A stretch of 64,000 nucleotides of DNA, from the NCBI RefSeq assembly GCF_000315625.1, contig NW_005434652.1, forward strand, positions 293,132 to 357,131. Direction: 5' to 3'. Positions 57,996 through 64,000 of this stretch are shown piece by piece (position 1 is the first letter of the stretch; each line of letters starts with the position of its first letter). The notes under the pieces were generated by a model that was not told the origin of the DNA, did no database searches, and saw nothing but the letters and a program-made list of their open reading frames with translations. Origin of the DNA: Guillardia theta CCMP2712. Taxonomy: Eukaryota > Protista > Cryptophyta. The position numbers were made by a program, and so were the translations under genes.

Positions 57996-60900
57996 ATGAC
58001 TTCGTCCACCGCATCGATGCTGAAGAGAAGGAGAGCAGCGCTGGAGCTGGGACAGAGGTGCTGCATACCTGCTACCTCCTGGTGTGAATGCTGATTTCGA
58101 AGTGTAGGAAAGAGGATTTCGAGTTTCAGGATCTCCTGGGCAAAGGAAGCTACGCATGTGTGTATCGAGCACGATCCCGTCATAGTTTACGGAAGGTGAA
58201 TAGGACGGGGAGGACTTGAGGCAGAGATGAGGAGGAGGGAGGAGGGAGGAGGGAGGAGGGAGGAGGGAGGAGGGAGTGATGAGCTGAAGGAGACAGGCGA
58301 GCAAGCATTGCGTTGCAGTGCTCTGAACTCCTGTGGTTTCCCCCAGGTTGCCATCAAAATCATCGATAAGAAGCTGATTGCTGCCTGCCCGGCCTTGCTG
58401 AGCGAGTGCGGCTAGAGGTAGAGACGCACATCAACCTTGACCATCCCTCGGTCGTCGAGATGTACACATACTTCGAAGACGACCACAGCGTTTACCTGGT
58501 AGGAAGACAGTCTGCTCGCCTCTCGAGCGGGGCTGACGCTGAAGTCCCTTGTGAAGGTGTTGGAGCTTTGTGAAGGAGGGGAGCTGTACCGTTTCCTGCA
58601 CGTGCGAAAGTTGATCCCCGAGGACGAAGCCGCGGAACTTTTCCGACAGGTTGGAATCCTGGAGTGATGAAATCCCCATCCCCTGCCATGCGTGTTCCTC
58701 CTCTCTTCTCCACTCCATACCACTCCCACACCACTCCCACACCGCTCCACGTTCCTTCCCCGATGGCTCCACCTCCTTTTTGCTTCTCCCTCCCTCCTTC
58801 CATTATCCTTATCGTGCTTCTTCTCTACCGCAGCCTCCCTCTCCTCCTTCCTCCTCGGAGAGGAGAAGGCAAGCTGGGTGTCATCAAGATGACTCTGACG
58901 ATGGTGGCAGATCGTGACTGGGATCGAATACCTGCACTCTCACAACATCGCGCACCGAGACCTCAAGTTGTCAAACCTGCTCTTGACAAGCGACAAGCGG
59001 GTAGCACTGCAGACTGTCAGCATGCTCCTTCCCCTAACGACAATGGGAGCAGATTAAGATATCGGACTTCGGCCTCTCTATTGTCCTTAACAACGACAAC
59101 AAGGAGAGCGAGACCGTCTGCGGAACCCCGAACTACATGTCTCCAGAGGTCATCTCCCGCTCCCCTCACGGCCTTGCCTCGGACGTCTGGTCTCTTGGCT
59201 GCCTCCTCTACTCTATGATCGTTGGCTGCCCTCCCTTCGAAAGGAGGAGCGTGAAGGAGACTCTGGAACGGATCGCTCAGGTTGACTTCTCATTCCCCGA
59301 CTTCGTCTCTCCTCTCGCCCGAGACTTGATCGGAAAGCTCATCGTCAAGGACCCCAGCAAGAGGCTCCCTCTCTCCCTCATCCTCGATCATCCGCTGCTT
59401 ACTAGGAGCCGCGGGGAGGCGTGTAAAGGCATGTCTGTCGGTTCAGTCACCAGCAGCGAGGAGAGGAGGAGGAGTGAGGATGGGCCGATGAGCAGGGAGA
59501 ACGTGGAGGGGAGGAGGCATGAAGCCGACGATGCTCCACATCCTTCTCCTTTCCACTCGTCGGGGACTGCGTTGCGTGACAGGAGAAGGCAGGGAACTTG
59601 TCAAGATTACGCGATGAATGGACAACAGAAAGAAGATGGTAGCCCAATCTCTCAACAAACACTGGCTCAAAACCTTCATGATCGCATACGTCAACAGCCG
59701 GAAACATATCAACGCTATCAGCATCAGCAACAAGATCCTGACAGACATCATACCCAACAAGCTTCTCCGTTCAAATCAGGAGAGTTGATGCTTGCTCTGT
59801 CGGCACTAAACTCCGACAAGCAAGGAAACAAAAATGCGTGTGAAGAAAGCTTTGCCAGCACACTGATGTCAGCGAGGAGTCACAAGGTAGCAACTCCCGT
59901 CCAATCGTCACGTTCAAGAACGAAGTCAGAAGCTGAAACTTTCAGGTCCAACGGTGAGACGAGGATGGCGAGGGAACATCAAGACAGCAACAGGAAAGTC
60001 AGGGGCATCGACGTGAAGGGGATGAACACTCACATGTACGAGACCAAACACGTCAAGATCTTCATCGAGGAAGAGGGAAAGCTGTATGTCCTCTCCAAGA
60101 AAGATGCTCTTGCCATGGAGATGTCCAGCTTCTCCCCTCTCATCAGAGTCGGAAAGTTTCGCTCCAGCTCTCCAACAAGGGACGAAGTGCTGAAATTCTT
60201 CAGCAGCGACCCGTCAAGCTCGGCTACCAGAGTGTTCTCCATTGACCAGCTGGCAGGCAGCCTGGAGAGGCTAGCAGCGTACACGATCAAAGTTGTTTCG
60301 CTGGTCCAGTCCCGATCCCCCAAGATCGTCTTCCTCTCTCCCTGCGCGCGAGCTCAACTCATGGACGACGGGAGGAACGGACGAGTTGCCTCCTTCTCCT
60401 GTGAATTCTACGAGGGGATTTCTATCAGCATGCAGGCGGACGGATCAGGCCTGCGATGGGTAAGCAGGGAAGACGCTGGGAGGAGGAGGGAGGAGCTGGA
60501 GCAGCATGCCCGGTGGTGCTTGTCCCAGTGCAAGAGGACGGAGGCTACACTGGTGAAGCTGCAGGAGCAGGGGAGGAGGACGAAGATCCCTGTGGTGATC
60601 GCGCACAAGGCGGCGATCAGGAGCAGGAGATGGGGGGGGGAGGAAGAGGCATCAGCTGTACATGCTCTTCCTCATCACCACCATCACCTCACCCCCTCTC
60701 AAGATCTCTCTCACCCTCTCACGTTCCTCAGCGTCTCTTCCGTCTCTCTTCGCTCCTCCGAGCCTTCCGCATGGTCAGACAGAAGGTCACGTGCCTCCAC
60801 CGTTCCCTCCACGTCCCCCGACAGAACCCCAGCATCTTGTCAAACCTCGACCGCTTGTCAAACTCCCTTCGAGCGCACAAAGGTAAACCCCGGCTGGGAA

Positions 60901-61501
60901 GGGGAGGCTGTCATGGCAAGGGGGAGCATCGAGCTCGGAGACGAGCCCAGGAAGCTGCTGGGCCAGACAGGAGGAGCGGAACGAGACCGGAGGGAGGAGG
61001 GAGAACGTGGCATGCGATTGTTATGGACAGAGCAGCCGCAGCCGCAGCCGCAGCCGCAGCCGCAGCCGAAGGAAGAGGAGGAGGAAGAGGAGGAGGTGAG
61101 AAGAAGTAGACGAAACAGATCTTCCCTTGACACTGTCCTGCAGGTGTCGGAGGGGCGCGTCTACGAGTTTGGAGAGGAGCAGTCTCGCCCTACTGTAGTC
61201 AAGACAGCCTTCTTTGACAAGCTCGGGTGGATCTCCGTGCTCGAGGACGGCTCCAGCTGGGCCCAGCTGGTCGATGGTTGTCAATTTGTGTCAGCCGGGG
61301 ATCAGGTAGGGGCGCTGAATGCCCGTCTGCCCTCCCTCCCTCCCTCCCTTTTGCCCCTTCCCTCCCTCCCTCTCTCCGTCTTATGGTTCTTTTAGTTGGT
61401 TTTCGTTTCATCCGAGGGCGAGCGGCGGCTGCTGGACGTCAGCCGGGGGATGCTGCAGGTTGTCCCCCCTCGAGTTTGCGGCCTTCAAGTTGACAAGCTG
61501 A
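57996..61501 (+). CDS. PLK4: Polo-like kinase 4 (multi-exon, 3' end approximate)
   Basis: [59 protein letters not shown]. Cryptic polo box [13 protein letters not shown] and PB3-like [10 protein letters not shown]...WAQLVDG. Confidence 0.88.
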
Positions 61502-61899
61502 CAGGACGGGGACGTGGAGGAGGTGGTGGCGAGGAGAGCCGAGAAATTGATGTCATGCTTGAATGTGATGTAATGTTAAATTTAACATGTTAAAGTTTGT
61601 AGATCTAAGATTCAATAAGTAGATGAAAGATGATAGACAAACAATGAAAGGAGAAGTTAAACGATGATGAAGATGAAGATGAAGATTTGCTATCAGATGT
61701 ACAAGCTGGATGAGAAGGGGATCCCTCTCTGAAGAGCTTTCTGAGTCTCCACGAACTATGACTTTGTCATTCGAAGAACAAGAAAGAGTGCAGGGCCAAA
61801 CACAAGTAACACAGGAAAACAACAACACAGGTAACAACAATCAACAAGCACAACAACAAAACCCAAAATCAGCAAAACATAACGAGAACCATCAACTTC

Positions 61900-63237
61900 A
61901 TGAAGTCACCCACAGTTGATCAACCACTTGCTCTCATCTCATCACCTTCTCCTCCAGGTCTTTGTCGCCGATTGCCTCCGCTGCCTTGACCATCTTGCGA
62001 AGTTCAAAGTCAGACTAGCAGGACAAGCCTCTCCTGCCCCACCTGCCGCAGCAGCTCCGCCTCTCGTCTCATGGCTCGGATGACGCTTCCCTCGAACAAG
62101 CTGGTCTGTGGAGAGAGGAAGGGAGAAGTGAAGAGAAGAGAAGAGAAAGAAGAGAAGAGAAGCGAAGAAAGGAGAGGAGAGGAAAAGAGAAGAGAAGAAT
62201 TAAACAAGACAAGACAAGGGTGAGAGCACAACGAAGAAGTTGGAGAATAAGGAAGGGGGAGAGTGGAAGGAAGAGAGACGGGGAGACAGGAAGGAAAGAA
62301 TCAATTGAAAAAGAGGCAGCGATGGGAAAACAGATAAGAGAAAAGTGGATGAGGAAGTAGGGAGAAAGACCAAGGGAGGAAGATAGACGAAGGAAGAAAG
62401 AAAAGCAAGAAAAACAGCAGAGAAGGTGAGAGCGGGAGGGGAGGGGGAAGCAGCGGGAGGGGAGGAGGAGATACGAGGACTATGATCGGATGGAACTTGA
62501 CCAACCTGAGTGCAAATGTCGCCGAAACTGCAGCCGGAGCACCAAACTGACGTGTGCAGTGAGTAAGACAAGCACATGTACAAAGACGAGGACGAGGACG
62601 AGGAGCAAGAAGTCGAGCATGAGGAAAAGGAGGAGCAACACGAGCAACACGAGGACGAGGAGCAAGAAAAAAGAGTAAGAGGACGAAGGAACGAGGACGA
62701 GGACGAGGGAACGAGGACGAGGGAACGAGGACGAGGGAACGAAGACGAGGAAACGAGGACGAGGAAACGAGGACGAGGACGAGGACGAGGACAAAAGCGA
62801 GCAAAACTCACGGAAGACGATGTCCATCAGGCAAGTGTTGGTGGATGGCAGCGGAGCCACGGGCAACTCCACCTCCTGCAACCACCCCCTCAGCTGCCAG
62901 CATGAGAGCACCACCCCTGACCTCCTCCGTCTTCTTCAAGTCCTCCTTGACTGTCTGCAGCAGTCGGATCATCTTGGCGAGCCTGGTGGGCGTCAGCTGG
63001 GAGGCAGCTGGAGGAGGAGGGTCACTTGAACTCCTGCAGGTGTCCGGCCTCCACTTCTTCTTCTGCTATGACGCAGGTGAGGAAGGAGGCGATCTCAGCT
63101 GGAGTTGCCTGTCCGACAGACAAAAACATCAGGAGGAGCAGGAGGAGGAGGAGGAAACGAGGTGGAAAAGCGAGATGAGGTGAAAGGTGGTGAAATGGAA
63201 AGAGCAGGAAAAAGAGGAAGCGTGATGAGTTGGAGGT

Positions 63238-63278
<41 letters not shown>

Positions 63279-63830
63279 AGCAGGAGGAGCAGGAGGAGGA
63301 GGAGGAGGAGGAGCAGCAGCAGCAGCACTAGGAGAAGGAGCAGGAGCAGGAAGAAATCACTTTGTTGAAAGCTCCATGGAAGATGAGCTCCGAGAGAACC
63401 AAGTCTTCAATCGCTTCGATCTTTGAAGATGTGAGACGAACCCCCGAAAGAAAGCGAAAGACGTGTGGAAGAACAATCATATCACAACCACAACCTCCAA
63501 CACCACCGCCAGCAGCAGCGGCACCGGCACCGGCAGCAACAGCGCAAGAATAACAACAGGTGAAAAGGAGCGATAAGAATGAATGTTTCAGAAGAAGCAG
63601 ATTGATGTGAGACCTGGCAAGCTGCTTGTCCTTTGATAGTGACGACATTGTCTTCCTGTGACAAGTGACTTGCCGGTCGGTATGAAACAATGACCTTGTC
63701 ACCGAGATGTAGTGCAGCTTGCGGAGAACCTTCATCCTCTTCTTGAGCTCATCTGATGACCTCATCGATCATCGGACTATCTTGATGAGATTATGAACCT
63801 TTGAATGTGAAAAGCATCGTTGTCTTCTTG
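61900..63830 (-). CDS. Multi-exon hypothetical coiled-coil protein with repeat-filled introns (extent uncertain)
   Basis: Short coding-like exons (SSDELKKRMKVLRKLHYI; TSLFEGSVIRAMRREAELLRQ) separated by microsatellite introns with GT/AG ends. Confidence 0.45.
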
Positions 63831-63857
63831 GTCTTCGCCTAAGATCACATCGTCACT

Positions 63858-64000
63858 ATCATCATCACCACCACCACCACCACCACCACCACCACCACCA
63901 CCACCACCACCACCACCACCACCATCACCATCACCATCACCATCACCATCACCATCACCATCACCATCACCATCACCATCACCATCATCATCATCATCAT
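63858..64000. repeat. Compound (CAC)n/(CATCAC)n/(CAT)n microsatellite
   Basis: Direct inspection. Confidence 0.95.

Noticed and set aside
58375-58415. PLK4 as a pseudogene (frame break at GCTGCCTGCCCGGCC)
   Set aside because: All kinase and polo-box motifs are otherwise intact. Removing two C's in short C-runs restores [17 protein letters not shown], so a sequencing error is more likely.
62200-63368. Poly-L, poly-S, RS- and DE-rich ORFs
   Set aside because: Translations of intronic microsatellites open in several frames on both strands.

Overview
Eukaryotic nuclear DNA, gene-dense, with short (~45-55 nt) GT-AG introns and many microsatellite-filled introns. Bipartite signal+F plastid-targeting presequences and an RWP-RK gene suggest an alga with a red secondary plastid, most likely a cryptophyte of the Guillardia/Hanusia type (inference). 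Recognisable genes: RWP-RK factor, TMEM184/OSTalpha transporter, two-module PRMT7/9-like methyltransferase, GT-A-like secreted protein, PEX13-like peroxin, ALDH, TRPV-like ankyrin channel, NEMP-like protein, TEX261/Svp26, plastid J-domain protein, bZIP, DUF6816-like lumenal protein and PLK4. Mobile DNA: two ~99% identical tail-to-tail copies of a CRE-like (RT + restriction-like endonuclease) non-LTR retrotransposon whose catalytic motif reads YADN, and a probable 499-bp solo LTR. Most interesting unexplained signals: (i) a dispersed 45-bp motif, twice found next to the retroelement 3'-terminal sequence and once just upstream of an intronless gene; (ii) a recurring intergenic layout of CpG-rich island, then TACCC/GGGTA tract, then gene start; (iii) splice-acceptor-like signals just upstream of many start codons; (iv) a three-copy family of ~75-80 aa microproteins. 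Two N gaps are present, and several single-base frameshifts may be assembly errors. Exon boundaries were read by eye and gene ends are approximate where stated.
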